64,000 nt of DNA from Monocercomonoides exilis PA203 (Eukaryota > Protista > Preaxostyla): positions 310,001 through 374,000 of the forward strand of contig LSRY02000053.1 in assembly GCA_001643675.2 (NCBI GenBank). The letters run 5' to 3'. The position numbers were made by a program, and so were the translations under genes. The notes under the pieces were generated by a model, which did no database searches, was not told where the DNA came from, and worked only from the letters and a program-made list of their open reading frames with translations. Below are positions 24,501-39,500 of the stretch, piece by piece; positions within the stretch are counted from its first letter, which is position 1; each line of letters opens with the position of its first letter.

Positions 24501-27500
24501 TTTCTTTTGCTTCCTTGCTGATTTCTGAAGACCAGTTTTGAGTTCGTCCACAGACATGTCGAAAGCAGCAGCACTTTTCAGCCGAGCTGTGAGCCTCTGG
24601 TTGCGGATGACCAAATACACCTCCTGCTGCATTGATTTGTCCAGCATCTCCTCGTACTGGTGGATGATGTTGTTGACTTCTCTGCGGGTCCTCCGCTTTG
24701 AAGTGTCAAACGCTGAATAGTTTCTGATGTCATATTTGGTGATGCGCTCTTGATCCCTCAAACGCTTACGGAATTCATATGCTTGAGAGTCGATGACAAG
24801 ACGCCTCAAAGGCAAATAACGACAGGCTGAGTCAATGAAATATGTGAGAATAATCAACAGTCTGTCTGAGAGGCAGCAGAATGAGCGGAGAAGAACAATT
24901 ATCACAGATGAGCATGAACTGTTATTCGAATCAGACAAAGAAGCTGAGAGCAGCTGAGACGCCAGCTGCCGGCGAGCAGCAAGATCGTTGTGAACAGCAG
25001 AAAGCGAAGCAACACGAAAGGCGAAGTCACCAAGTGTAGCAGATTCAATGAAAAGTGAGATGTCAGTAAAGAAGTCCTTCAACCAACGCTCACAGGCAGA
25101 CGGAGAGAGAAGAGCCATCTTGTTTGCTTCTTCTTCAGAGACATCTGAGTTTGATTGGATAACTTCACGTGGATCTTCTGGTTCTGCAAATCTGCCCATC
25201 TTTCTTTTTTTCTGCTTCTTTCGCTGCTGAATGGTGTGTTTGCTTGAATTATCGTTGGCCATGCCTCCGTTCGCTTCTCCTTGATCCTTTTTCTTTTGAA
25301 TGTTCAAAGCAGACACACGAACAGTTTGTGTGATTCCTTCTTTCGAAGTGATAGAAATAACAGACGACAAAGTTCCATCATCTTTGTTGCTTTCATTCTC
25401 TCTTTCCAAAGAAAATGCGATATTTCCTAACGGCCCATTGACGAAAGCATGAGAGTAGAGTTGGAACAGCATTGTGGCCTTTCCGTCGAAGCAGGCTGCT
25501 TCCTCCATCTCAATCAATTTTGCTCTCCATGCACGAGATTCAATATGCCTCCATCTCATTGCCAATGACAGCATCAGCTGCTGTTCGTGTTCAAGTGATG
25601 CAGGACCTGATTGCTGCACATGATTCCAATCTTCAGATAGACGAATAAGTGTCTCAACTCCGGCAGATAGTTGCGCCAAAGGTGAAGATTGGGAAATAGC
25701 AAGCAAGTCACTTGCCAATGAAGACATTTTGAGAAGTGATGGATGATCTGGATATGTTCGAAGCAGCTGTTGGACTCGTGTAAGGAACAACTGGAATGGA
25801 AGAGCAGAAAGTGTGGCTTCAGAAGGAAGCGAGTCAGTATAAAAGTTGAAGCGCTCAGGAATAACAGGGAAGTTCTTTTTAGCTGCTGACGATGCAGCAC
25901 TCTGTGCATCTTGAGCTTTTCCTTCGATTTCATCGTCGTCTGCAGCAAGGGATTCGTATGTGTGGTCATCCCACTCTGGCATATGGGTGAGAAGCACAAG
26001 GAAGTTGTACAAGTCTTCGCTGCTCTTTTCTGCGCCCAGCTGAGCTGCGATTTCACTGAATGAAGAGGCATCTTTTGATAGTGAAGCCATCATCGTTATA
26101 AGTTTGTGCTGTAATTGTCTGTCGTTGTTTTGCGTGTAATTGCGCTTCCAGTTGAAAGTGTTGAGAATGCGAGAGAGATCTGAAGAAGGTCTTTTCACAC
26201 CGAAACGACCATATTCTCCTGCGCAAATATCACCAAACAAGGAGAAATAAAGGCGAGCAATGATTGGAGCCATCTTATCGACTGCAAATGACTCTTTGCC
26301 ATTGGATGAATCTGAAGAAGAAGAAGAAGATGATGACGATTCATTGGTGCTAGAAGAATCTGCAGAAGTGGATTTATTCTTCGGACTTGGAAGTGTAAGT
26401 GGTTTTCCTTCATCAGCTGCAAGTTGCCCTTCACTGGACACATACTGCTGTTTGTAGTAATCCAAATACTGTGTGAATGTGTCTTTTTCTTCCTCTTCTT
26501 CTTTCCTTCTCTGATTCTCCATTCTTGTGTGTGTATCATAATCCACACCCTTCTCAAGGACAAGCCTGGATGAAACGCCCATCGATCCATCAAAGTCGAT
26601 TGAAGTGACTTGATTCTCTTTTGTCATGTCTCGAACCACAATTGCTCCATCCATCCCATTTCCTCCTTGAGCCATCTGCCCTTTCCCCACATGCTTTCCT
26701 GATGATGTCATGAATATCAATATATTGTCTTTTTCTTGTTCCAATTTCCTTCTCTCCATTTCTTCATTGTACATTTCAATATATGGATCAAAGAATGAAG
26801 CTGTCACTGCAGAGGCAGCAGTGAGTGGATGATTGCGAGATGCGACAATCTTTGGAGGCAATCCAATGAGACTGTGGCCAACAGAAAGGCACAAGCAGTA
26901 GAGTGAGAATAGTCTCAAAAAGTCTGGTGAAGTTGTGATTGAATGTGATTGAACCAATGACAGCATAGACAATGCGAGATTAAATGTGGGAACAGAAGAA
27001 AATGTTGATGGCACGCTGATTTCTTTTGACAGAAGAGCTGCTTGTGGAATAGACAAAGAGAATATTGAACTATTTCTCAAAGGAGCATGATATTTAATGA
27101 GCTCTTGAGGTTGGACTTCATCTTGTTCCATCCGATATTCATCTTTTTCATTGTTATTAGAAGCTTCAACAGCAAATATTTCTCTATCCTCAAAGCTATT
27201 CTGAGAATCATTACACTGTGTGATGCAAGAAATAAGATCAGACAAAGCAGAAGACAATGAATACGCAAAATCTGGGAAAGAAATAATGCATTCGTCGCTT
27301 GCTAAATATGTGAGAAGTTGCTGTGACTCTTGCAAGAATCTGCCCAAATTATCTGATAAGTTGTTCATCTTTCGATGTTTATGTGAACTTTGCTGAGAGT
27401 TCAGTATTTTCTCGATGATTGCATTCTCATCGAAGCCGGATGAAGTGTTTGATGACTTCTCAGTTTCGCTATTCACAATTTCCTCCAATCCAATTGATTG

Positions 27501-30500
27501 GCTGAATGAAAAAGAAATCACACTTTCTAAAGTGCTGATGACAGACGTGACAGACAGAAATGAAGAAGTCGCTCTTTTCATAGTGCTGAAGAATGCTGCA
27601 AATGATGGCAGTTTTCTCGATTGTACTCTCAACAACGACATTTCTGAGTCTTCGTCCAATTTTCCTTTGCCCAATGATTTTTGTTCCATTTTCGTTGCAG
27701 ATACAGAGGAAGATGATGGAATCGCTCCATTTTTCAAAATGCAATCCAGAATTCTCCATTTCTCAGGCTCTTCGATTGGAGATTCATCATCAAAGAGATC
27801 TGTCTCCTCATCGTAGCCAAGTGCTCTGAACGTTTCGGATGTCCCAGCCATTCTTGCATCTCTCTTTCGCTTTCTTTCCAACTCAATGACTTCTGGGCGG
27901 AGATCTACTTTTGTAACATAATGTTGCCTCACCGTGACCTGCGCATGCTGATAATGTGCAGCCTCTTCTGCATACGAGTTGCGAGTTGTGGCTTCCATTT
28001 TTTTGATAAACGGAGAAGCCATCTGCTGATCTGAGTGAAGTGTCAGAAGAGGAGAGTTGCAGTCAGACCACTCACCACGAATCACAGACGAGGCATCTTT
28101 CACCATTTCTTCTGATTTGAGTGTCTCAAGCGCAGAAGAAGCAAACTCCAGGCGGAATTGTGGATTGCGGATTGGATCGAAAGGAGAGGAAGGAAGGAGA
28201 AGATGAAGCCGAAGAAGGTCAGAGGCAACTGTGAGAAGAGATGAGATAGATGATATTTTCTCTCTGAAGAAGGACGAATCAATTTGAGTTGCAGAATTTG
28301 ACAGTTCCATTGAAGCAGCCAGACCATACACCATTTGCGATAATACAGGAGCTACCAAATATGCAATATAGCCAGTACCGTATTGCACATTTGGTTTCAG
28401 AGAAATGCTCTTGCGGCCAATTTGCATTTGAGATGCTGTTGTGAGTCTGACTTCCTTTGAGCATCCCAAAAGCTGAATGAGCAAACAACAACACTGAATT
28501 ATGGATGAGATATGGAAACTGTCTTTTGAAGGAACCGGATTGATGAGGAAAGATATAATGTGATTTGCTATGAGATTGAGCATTTTCGAATACAATTGAC
28601 GAGAAGTGACATTTTGTAAAGGAGCAAAAATCTTTGTTGCTTCTGCTGCAATCTCTTTTGAAAGAGGCTCAGAACGAATGGACAATTCGAACTTTGACAG
28701 ACGAGACAGAAACGCCATGCTGTTCATCAAAAATGAGTGTATGCAGTTTGTGTTTCGAGTGCTGAATTGGCTGTTCCTTGATTTATTCTGCTTCAGCAGC
28801 ATGAAAGATAAGAGACGAGACACAAACACTCTTCGCGCTCTGATGTCAGCAATTGGCTGCTCCGCTATTATCTTAGCTACAGCAGCAGTAACATCCCTAT
28901 CAGATGTTGTTCGCATTGATTGACTCTTTCTGAGTGTTTCTTTGTGGATAGAAGATGTGAGACAGGCAATCGTCTCTTCCATTTCAGGAGAGGATAAAGA
29001 CGACAGATGCAGTCCCAGTACTGTTGAAACCACGTCTGAACTCCATCGCAGGATCTCTTCAGACTCCATCAATTCTGCCACTTGCATCTGAGAAGAATCG
29101 TTGCTCTTATCCAAAATCCAAATAACCATCTGCAGAATCGTTGCGAGTGTATCGATTGAATCATCTCCGAACAGAAGTGCATCATCTGCGCTGCTGTTGC
29201 CACTTGACTGAAATGCATTCGAAAGATTCGAGCCACAAAGAGATGTTGGGATTAGCACCATTGAGGAAGAATTCCTTTGTTTAAGAGAAGGTCCAATTAT
29301 TCCCCAAATTGGTCCAGCTTTCAGGCGCAGTGAGAGAGAAACCCATTTTCGCTTCAATTGCTCTGATAAAGCCTTATTTTTCTGTTTCTTTTGAGATGAA
29401 GGCAGCAAAGTACCAAATAAATCAATGCAGCGTGGATACAACTCATTTCGAACATGAGATGAAATGGTTGCATCGATTGAGTTCAAATCTCTCTCCTCTT
29501 TTGAAGTATTAGCCATCGAATGCCTGATGCTCAAGAGAGATGTGAGTGTGTTCAATGCAGCTGATACTTCAGACAATTGAACAAGAATATCCTTTCCTAC
29601 CAGATAGTTTGACAGTGACATAAGTGACAGTCCAGTTGTCAATGAAGATGGATTGTATTTCAGAGGCTGCGTTTCCTGGGGTGCAACAGATGTTACACTT
29701 CCGTCTTTTTCTGCTGAAAGAACAGGAAGTGGTGCTGCCAATCCCAACACTTGAATAAACAGAGAAGGATGTGGGCGAGTTGTTCTTTCGTGCTGACGGA
29801 GCTGCTGGATCACACTGTTGCTGTCAGCAACGTGAACAAGACGATGATCAGTAGGCTCTGCAGGTAGAGATGGAGGCAGAGCAGATATTTGAGGGAACAG
29901 AAGTGACGAAGCAAGATGAGTCGGTACGACTGAAAGGAGTGTGGAAAGGAGCGCTTTGAGTTGTTCGTCCTTTTGTTCAGCAGAGTTATCATTCGATTCT
30001 CCGCTTTCATTGAAATATGCGTTCTTTCTCGAAGACAGCAGAACAGTTGCTCTTCCTTCTGCAATAATCTGTCTGACTGATGACGGAACGACAAACGAGG
30101 TGAAAATGCGCGGCAGAGACAAGGAAGCAAAAGATGGGCGACCAGAGAACAAGGCAGAAGAGCGGGTAGCAGCCAAAGATATGATTGAAAAAGCTGCCAG
30201 GAAATACGGAATCTGTCGGAAGAGATGGCGTACAGAGACAGGCATAGCAGTAGCTACAGAAAGTGACACATTGTCAGCTGTGATGTGCGACTCAAGGAGT
30301 GGATTCAACGATGCGACTGACGAAAGAGCAGCAGATGTGTAGAATGGAATTGATGTCTGTGAACTTGATTGAAGGATTCTTGAGTACAATGGAATAAGCA
30401 AGTTGGCTAGTTGATCAACATCACTTGTACGGAATGATGTTATGCCTGAGGCTGCCTGTGCCATTTGTGCTTGCTCCGAAAGGAAAGAAGAGAATGAAGA

Positions 30501-33500
30501 AACACTGTATTCTGAATCGGAAAGAGAAGTTATCATATCGTGCCATGATGAGAAAAGAGAGGTTAGATTGTGGAATTGAACAGTCAACGGTAGTTTTTTA
30601 GCAGAACTTGAAGTATCTTCAATTACTTCCTCTTCCGAAAGTACATTTGCTGCTTTCTTTGGAGGCACCACCAACTGAATAAGGAGTGAAGCAATCTTGT
30701 CAGACTCTGTCTGCTCAAGCATTTCATCATCTTCTGTTTTTGCTGTTCCAAATGAAGATTTCTGCGCTTCAGCAGCAGCAAAACGGCGAATGAGAGTTGA
30801 AATAAATTGTGAAATAAACAATGATGATACAGTGTTTGGAAGAGATTGAACGATCTTTTCAGTCTTTGACAGTTTCTTTGATGTATTCGCAGAAGCATTA
30901 GCCTTCCACAAATAACTCTTTCCCATTGAAAATGCTCGTGCAATTGGATGGTATAAAGAATCAGAGTTGCTTTTCTGCGTCTCATCTTCCATCAATTGAT
31001 CATCAAACAGCACATTCAATACAGTTCCTATTGTTTCGAAGAGTGAAGGACAGCTGATCTTCAGTTCGTTTGTCATAATCAAATGATCGGAACTTTGCTT
31101 TTTGCCAGAGAAATCCATGAATGAGTGGAGGCATCGCACAGCCAGCGCAACGCAACGACTGAAAGAATCAATCGGGAAGTATTCCTCGTTTTCATCATCG
31201 CCTTCTTCCTCCTCCTCAAGGCTTCCATTAACACCTGTTTTTCTGCCATTGGAGCTTTTCATCAGCAGGTTCCACATGTAATTCAATACAGTTACAAGTC
31301 GAGAAAGCTGTGGCATTGGCATTGAGTCCTTTGGTTCTGCGGTTGGTCTGAACGACAGCTCCATTTTTGATTGAAGATACCAGAATGGATCGTGTGATAT
31401 CATTATGAGTGTGAAAAGCGTCATGTGAGTCATGAACGGCCACACAAATTGGCAGACATCTGCCGATCGCCTCAGCAACGATGTCACATCCACTTTCTTC
31501 CACCAGGACATTTCACTTTGTTGCTCGCCTTTCTCTTTCATTTGTCCGTTTTTCCTTCCCTTTTTCTTTGATGTTGGCTCTTCGGTCTGTTCTGTCATTC
31601 GAGAAAGATTGCACAGTTCCCGTAATGATTCCATTTTTGCTTGATCGACAGCTGAACTCAGACTATCGAAATAGCTCACAGGGAATGAAGATGAGGATGA
31701 ATTGGAACTGAAGATTGGCTGGACTCTTGTTCCGCTTTTATCCTTCTTTGATCGTTCAGATAATGTGGCCAATAGAAAAGATTGTTGAAGAGGCGAGAGA
31801 ATCAATCTGTGATTATCATATTCCGATCTTTGAGGCTCAGACATCAAATGCAAAGGCACAACAAAGAAGAACAAGATGTAGAGTTGCAGAAACTGAACAG
31901 TCCTGAATGACAGATGAGCCAATGTGAAGGAGAGGAACTGTGGAAACTTGCTTGTTTTGCTGGCCACAGGCTCAAGAGGATGCTGTAATGCATAAGAGAC
32001 AACAGCTTGATGATACTTGGAAATATTCAGAGGCATGCTGTTTTCAAAGGAGATCTCCTTGTGTGTATTGACTGCTTCTAATTGAGTTGAATCAGCAAAG
32101 CCAGTCACGTCAAACGTCTCTCTTTTGGACAGAGATGATAAAGTTTCTCTGAGCTGCAGTTTTGCTAAGACTCGACGGCGCTGGTCGATGAAATGAGAGA
32201 AGATGGAACAGGCAATATTGACAAAGTTATTTGAATTTGTGGTAATAGAGGAAGGAACTGACGATTTTGAAGATGCAGCATTGACCGATAGGAAATAAAA
32301 AAATGAAGATAAATTGTTCAAATACTTGCTTTTTGAATGTTCAGTCCGTGGAACTGCACTTAGCATCATCTTGTCTGATGATGATGATAAACATAGTGAA
32401 GAGTTCATTTCTTCTATTGAATTAGTATTGCTATATGTATTGACTGTGGAATTAAACACGGATGATAGCAAAGGCAGGTCATGCAATGACATTGAGCTCA
32501 GACAGTCAGCAATTACAAATGTCAGAGATGACTGCTTTGTGCAGTTGAGCCAATCATTCAGAGAAGCAGCAGACTTCACTGCGACAACAAGAGGAGCTAT
32601 AACTCTCCGAATACGATTGATCTGTAAGTCCATAGCTGTCTCTTCTGTTGTCTTTATCCTTCGTTCAACAGACAGACCAGCAAAAGCTGGGCGAATCTGG
32701 TGCAGTTTGGAGGTAATTGTGTTGCCATTGCTGGATGGATCCATCAGATGCTGCAATAACTCCACAGAGTCAGAGAAAAGATATTGTTCAACAAGCTCTG
32801 TTCTGTTCGCTGTGAGTGATGCTGAATGATTCATGATGCTAAGCACACAGCACGGACAGGGTTCTTCTTGTTGTTGTGTTGCTTTCTTCTTTGACTTTCT
32901 TTTATTGATGATTGCTGGATTTTTGTCAACAGCCAGCTGATACGGGAAGAATAAGACATTAAAACACTTATTCAGCCACAGAGCAAGATCTTCCATTGAG
33001 CTGCACTTATCAGCCATTTCAGAGCACAGCTTTTCCATCTCTAACAGCCACGAGACGTAGCAATGACATCTGTGAAGATGCCCAGATCTGATTGAGACTG
33101 TTTGTGTGCTTTCCTTGCTTTCTTTTCCATCCTCATCCATCTGTTGCTTCTTCTGTGTCCTAAGATGAGCACGAGCACATGGGCATTTGATGGTGCACTG
33201 ACAATGGAAAGAGAAAGAATGCTTGCTTGTCATATTGCTGAGAATAGCTGAATGTGAAGGAACAGGATCAGGTGATTCTTCTACTGGAACATCAGAAGAA
33301 GAAGAAGAAGCAGAAGAAGATGAAGAATTTTTCCCTGTTCCATTGTTCACACTTAGACCAGGGAAGAATGTGAGTACCATTGCATCTCTCAGTGTCTCCA
33401 CAAATGGAAGCTGAGGGCTTGTGATAAGAATGGATTGGAGGCGATCCGCCCAGTGTCGAAGGAAACGCGGGTTGAAAGTGCGGAAAAGAGGGGTAGAAGG

Positions 33501-36500
33501 GGGCATTCTTTGGAGAAGCAGAATGTAAAGAATGCTCATGCGCAATGGGATGTCCATTCCACCGATTCCGGCTTGGTTCAGGATCTGAATGGAGTCGTGC
33601 AGGAGAGTGTATGAAGGATGCCTGCCGCCTTCTTTGGAGTGAGAAATAGCAAAGGAAGATGATGTCACAAGCGGATGAGATAGAATCATGTCGGAAAAGG
33701 CCACACTTGGTTGGAATAGAGAGAAGGTTCTTAAAAATAGATCAATAAATCCAATGCTTCCATTGGACTTCACTTCAGATGCCAAAGCCTCACTGTCGTT
33801 TGAATCGTCAATAACAATTGGCTCTGATGGAACTATTGATGTATTTGATTGAGAACCAGAAGAGGCAGAGGCAGAAGCAGAAGAAGAGTCAGATGATTTC
33901 ACTTTACTCAAATGGGATGCATTTGTCATAAACTCTGTGTCTCTCTTGACCTCAGCAGCGCTGCGATAGAACTCGTCCCAGTGAAGAAGCGATATCTCAA
34001 TGCCTCTGTTTCTCATAGCACGCGAGATTTCTCCGAACCTCGGATCCATTGTGAAGAACAGCCGGAAGTTCGGATGCGCCTTCACTTTTCGTGTGCCCAT
34101 TTTAACTTTACTTGTAGAATTAGTTTCAGTTTCTTCGTCTTTAGAAGAAGAAGAAGGAGAAGGAGGAGAAGAAGAAGCATTAATTGCAGCATTATTCTTT
34201 GTTTCTAAATCTTCAAAGAATCCAATTCCTTGCTCAGTGATCTCGAGTATTCCTTGTGTGTCTGGTTCGAGAAGTGGATTCAACCTGTCCAGAACTGTAG
34301 GGCTGCACAAGTTGACATTGTCAATCAGCAGCCAGTCGCCGTTTATGAGTGCTTGAACAAGAATACCATCAACCCACTCAAAAAGACCAGCGGTTGAAGG
34401 TGTGGTAATAAGAGATTGCAAAGCGCTGTGTGAAGCAAGGTTCTTTCGGAGAGACAAATAGAGAGACGAGATAAGAGCACAAGAAGAAGTGAGTGAGGCG
34501 AGTGAAGGACGGCTCAGCTGGTGCAGATGGAGCAGTGTCTGGAAATTGTTATGAGAAGGATATGAGCCACCAATGCTTAAGCAGTCAAGCCATTCACTTG
34601 AATTAGCTTCAGACAGCTTTTGCTGATTGAGTGTTTGGTGAGCATTTGAGGATGCACCTTCTATTGAATGTCCATCGTTGCACATTGAATGAATCAACTT
34701 GGCTGTACTGTTCCATGAATCTACAAATGCTTTTGAGTCATTTTCTAATCGTGCTCCAGACTGCTGGTTTGATGCAGTGGCATTGCTAATATCATTGAGC
34801 GATGAGATAAGTTGGGATGATATCAACGAAACATCTGAAACACATCGTGAGCATTCATCAATAATAGACTGAACTTTGTGAATACGTGCATCAAACTTCT
34901 CATCAACATCACCAAATACGCTTGCTTTGTCATCAAAATGAATCTTTGAAGACTCCAAATCTTCTTCAGAGATTGAACTCCCACTGGAAGCAATATGATC
35001 AATATCACCAAATGCATCATTAATTGACGAATGCTGCAGTTCATTGAGTGTCTCCTGTGAATGCGACATGATCATCTTCAGTCCTTGTACTGCCCACTCA
35101 ACTGCTGCTTCTGTGGCTGCTACTGCTGCCGAGGCGTGCCTCGACACATCAACCTGTTCAAAGCCGCCGATCAGTGTGGACACGTCAGACGAGGCAGAGA
35201 GCGACATCTCTCTCAGAACAGCGTTGCTCTTCTGTGCCAGAAAGCGCACAAGAGCTGTCTTGCCCACACCAGACGGCCCCGTGATGATAGCCACTTGCTT
35301 TGTGCGCACAGCACGGATGAGTGCAGATAGAGGGAAGGCCAAAGGAGAGAGGAGGATGGTGGATGAGAGAGACTGCTGGGCTAAAGATGGGTGGATGAAC
35401 GGGCGCTTGCGGAGAGAATCAACGCCCACAACAAGATGTGTGGCGGTCTCTTCAAAGCGGGGGAACAGATCAGGTGCAAACGAGAAGCCGAACGCATCGC
35501 GGAAGCACTGAAGCAAAGCAGCTCTATCGGCGCTTGTGCGGAAGCGCTGGTAGAAGATGGATGTGAATGCGACAGAGACAGCTGTGATAGCCTGTGGAGC
35601 AGAAAGCGGCTGGGTTGCAGGAGGGTTGGCGCAGAAGTCGAGTGCCATCTCGCACCAGCGCATCAGATCACGCAGGTTGAACTCCCACGGCGCGCCCTTC
35701 TCGCCCATCGTACCGTTCAGCGTCTCAGCATCAATACGAGACACACACAACGCCATCTGCTTGATGATCTCGGGGGGTATCTGCTGGTACATCGACGATG
35801 CAATGAACAGAAAGTCGGCAGACTTCATCTTCTCCACGTAGACAGATGTGAATCTGTTGAGGAATGATTTGGGCAGTCCCTTTCTTGCTCCTCCCTGTGA
35901 ATACGGGTTCTGTGCAGCGAACACCCTGAAGGATTCCGGCAGCTTCATAGACAAGCCCAGCTGTGGCACATTGATCTCTCTTCTGTAGTCGAGGCACGTG
36001 TTCAGCCCTTCCAGCACAGGCTGTGGGGCTAAATTGAGCTCATCAAGCAGCACCCACTCGCCTCTCCTGGCTGCTTGCAAAAATGCTCCGTCAGTCCACG
36101 CAAACACACCAGCTTTCTCAGTCGGGGCATCTGCTCCGAACAAGTCGGAAATCTCGCTCTGTTCAGAGAGGTTGATTCGAGTGAGAGAGTAGCCACAGGC
36201 CTTTGCAAGCGCTGACACAAGGCTAGTTTTGCCTACACCGGGGAACCCTTCCAGCAGAACAGGGCGTTTCAACTGGAGAGCGCGGAGGAGGCGGTAGAGA
36301 TTCAGTGAGGTTGTTTGGGAATTCAGAGAGAAAGAGAGAGAAGGAAGAGAAGAATTAGAAGAATGGGACGAGTCGTCGATTGATTGAATGATCCCATCAT
36401 AGTCAGTGACGCGCATGAGAGACGAGGCAAAAAGAGGGTTTGGCCCAATTTCAATGAAGAATGGAGACATTCCAATCAATTGCTTTGATGTTTCTGAAGA

Positions 36501-39500
36501 AGAAGAAGAAGAAGAAGTTGAAGATTCTTCCTTGTCTTCTTCAGCAAGAACCATTGGACGCTCTTCTGATCCCTCAGAAACAGCATCAGAAGAAGAAGCT
36601 GAAGAATCTTTCTCCTCCTCCATCCTTCCCTTCTCCTTCTCCTTCTCCTCATCCGACTGCCAATGCAGAAGATGCTGCAGATTGGGAGTGGCTCTGAACA
36701 ATGTTGTGTCTAGCAGTCTGACTGGATGTGCCACATACGCTGTGAGCATCGCATCATACGACTTGTACTTCTCATAGTCACTTTTCATCTGTTTCACTTT
36801 CTTTGCAAACAACGTCCGGATGATTGAATGGCAGCAGATCTCTTTCAGTTGCAGGCAGCGTTGTTCTCCCCAACCCGTGCGGACAGCCAAGCCGTCAAGA
36901 AGAGTCAGCGAAAGAGAATGGACAAAGGCGCCTGCATCGCCCAGGCGGTTGTGTGTGGATGTCATAAACAGAGCAGCGCCTATCAAGTCGCGGATGGTGA
37001 GGGAGATGCGGTGGAAGAGGGTGCGGTGGGACTGGCCTTCAATGGGGGTGGTGAGGGGATCAGAAGAAGAAGGAGAAGAGGGAGAAGTTGAAGGAGAGGG
37101 AGAAGGAGAAGAGGAAGGAGATGAAGATGAAGCTGAAGGAGGAAAGAAAGGCTCTGGATTGCCCATGAAGTCCAGGTCGCTCTGATTCAGCGTGCACAGT
37201 CTTTTGAAGTAGTTGAAGAACGAGACAAGCATATTTGCAAAGAGCGGGTTCATCTTCCCGTCGATCTGCCTGCCAATGATTTCGATGGCCTCCTCGTCGC
37301 TGTTTGAGGGGGGAACCCAGATTTCAGTGAACCGACTGCGCAGTGCAGGACTTAATTCTCTCTTTCCGAAGTCTCCCCCGGGGTTCATTGTAGCAAAGAG
37401 GCGGAATTCTGGTTTCGCATGGACAACTTCTAAAGAAAGCCCTCCTTTTTCGGTCAAAGCGATAGTGCGTGTGGTTTCAAGGGCAGGGTTGAGGCGTTCA
37501 AGAACAGCATCGTCGGCGAGGGCGATCTCATCTATGAGGAAGCAGTCACCTTGTTTCATGGCAGAGACTAAGGGCCCGTCGTTCCACTCGAAGAGGACAC
37601 GGCGGTGGGCGATTCGGGTGTGGAGGGAGGAGATGAGCTGGGGGAGAGTGGGGGAGAGGAAAGTGGATGGGTTTTGAGTGTTGTTGACGGAGTTTGAGGA
37701 TGTTTTGGATTGATTGGAGGGGTTTGTTGGTTGTGAATCTTTTGATGTTGATGATGATAAAGCAGATGATGAAGTTGATGAAGCATCTTGTGTTTGAGGT
37801 GTTTCTGGATATTCCCTCTCAAATATTGCAATCAGCTGATCCAGTGTTTCATTTCCATTCAACGTGAATGAACTTATTCTCTCTTTCTTCTTCTTTTCTT
37901 CTCTTTCTATTTCTCTTTGTTCCTCTATTTTTCCTTCTCCTTCTTCCTTCATCTTCATTTCTTCCTTTAATCTCGCCTCTTCCTTTTCTTTCTCCTCCTC
38001 TTCTTTCTTCTCCTTCTCCATTTTCTCCTCCTCTTCCTTCCTCCTCTCCTCCAAAAACTCCACCAAGCTCTCCCTCAACCTCTTCTCATCCTCTGATCGT
38101 GTCCTCACCGGATGCAGCGACCCCAACAGATCCGCTGCTTCTGTCGACTGATGACAGTTCACCGTCTGCAGCGGCTGTTCCGTCAGTGCTGATAGCAACT
38201 GCACCACTGTTGTCTTCCCACACCCTGTCTCCCCAACAATCAGACAGGCCTCCCCAGCCACATAGCAGCGGGCAGCGAGCACAAACAGGCGGGTGAAAGA
38301 GGGTGTCCATGCGATGGAAGCGAAGGGGCGAAGGGAAGGAGGCAGGTCTTCAATGCTGCATTGACCAACACTGCAACGAAGAAGCAGACTGAGTTTGGGG
38401 AAGTTGGCGAGCAGGAAGGAAGACATGTTTTCCTTCAGAAAGTTGTCAGATTTGGTGAGTCTGGTGAGGTTGGCTGTGCTGTTTGACGAAGAAGCTGATT
38501 CGGCTGCTGCATTTTTCATCTTTGCATTCTCCTTCTCCTTCTTCTCTTTCTCTTTCTCTTTCATTTCCTTCTCTTTCTTCTGCTTCCTCTCAGCTTTCGT
38601 ATCCAAGCTAATCTGCTTAAACCTTGGCCATCCCTCTGCTGTATCATACAAAAGCCCATCTGTCGTGTCTGTTTTTGACAAGTTCGGCTTCAGCAGCTCC
38701 CAAATCGTCTCCTTCACCACTCTCCTGTCTTCTTCTTCTCTCAGCCGCTCTCCCAACAAATAGAACCCTTCTCTTGCCAGAAATGTGTTTGTGTCCAATG
38801 TTCGTGTCAGATGCTGCGGAGTGAATGAAGAAACAGCTTCTTTTCTCTCTTTCTCCATTCGCTTTGCTTCTTCTTCTTGTTCTCCTTCTCCTTCTCCTTC
38901 CATTGGCGATCTTCTAACAAACCTGATATAGTCATTCTTTGACCGATACCCCCATCTGAACAAATCTCTCAGCGTGATCAGCCCCGCCCTCCCCGCAAAC
39001 ACTTTTTCTGTGCTTCTTTTCCTCTCCAACTCTTTCATTATATCCACCAGCTGGCTGCTCTGCTTCTGCGGAATCGCCGTCCGCTTCTGCAGAATCTGCA
39101 CCAGCTCTTCCTTTGGCAGTGAGTCAAACCGAATCTCCACAAAACGGTTTCTCAGAGCACGTGACAGCACTTTTCTGCCTCCGTATTGCCCCGCTGGGTT
39201 TTGTGTGGCAAAGAGCATAAAGTCCTCGTGACACTGCACCACTTCCCCAGTGTCTGGTATAAAGATCTCTCTGTTGTCGTCGAGCAGCCTGTTAAGTGAC
39301 TCCAGCACATCCGTTGGTGCCAAGTTCAATTCATCCAGCACCACCCACCACCCTCTCCGCATCGCCTGCACAAGAGGCCCTTCGTGGAAGGAGAAGGAAC
39401 CATCACTGTTGGAGGCATAACCCCCCAGATACTCCTGGATATCTGTCTGCTCGTGGTTGTTGATCCTTACGAAGCAGTGTCCCGTGAGATTGGCGAGGTA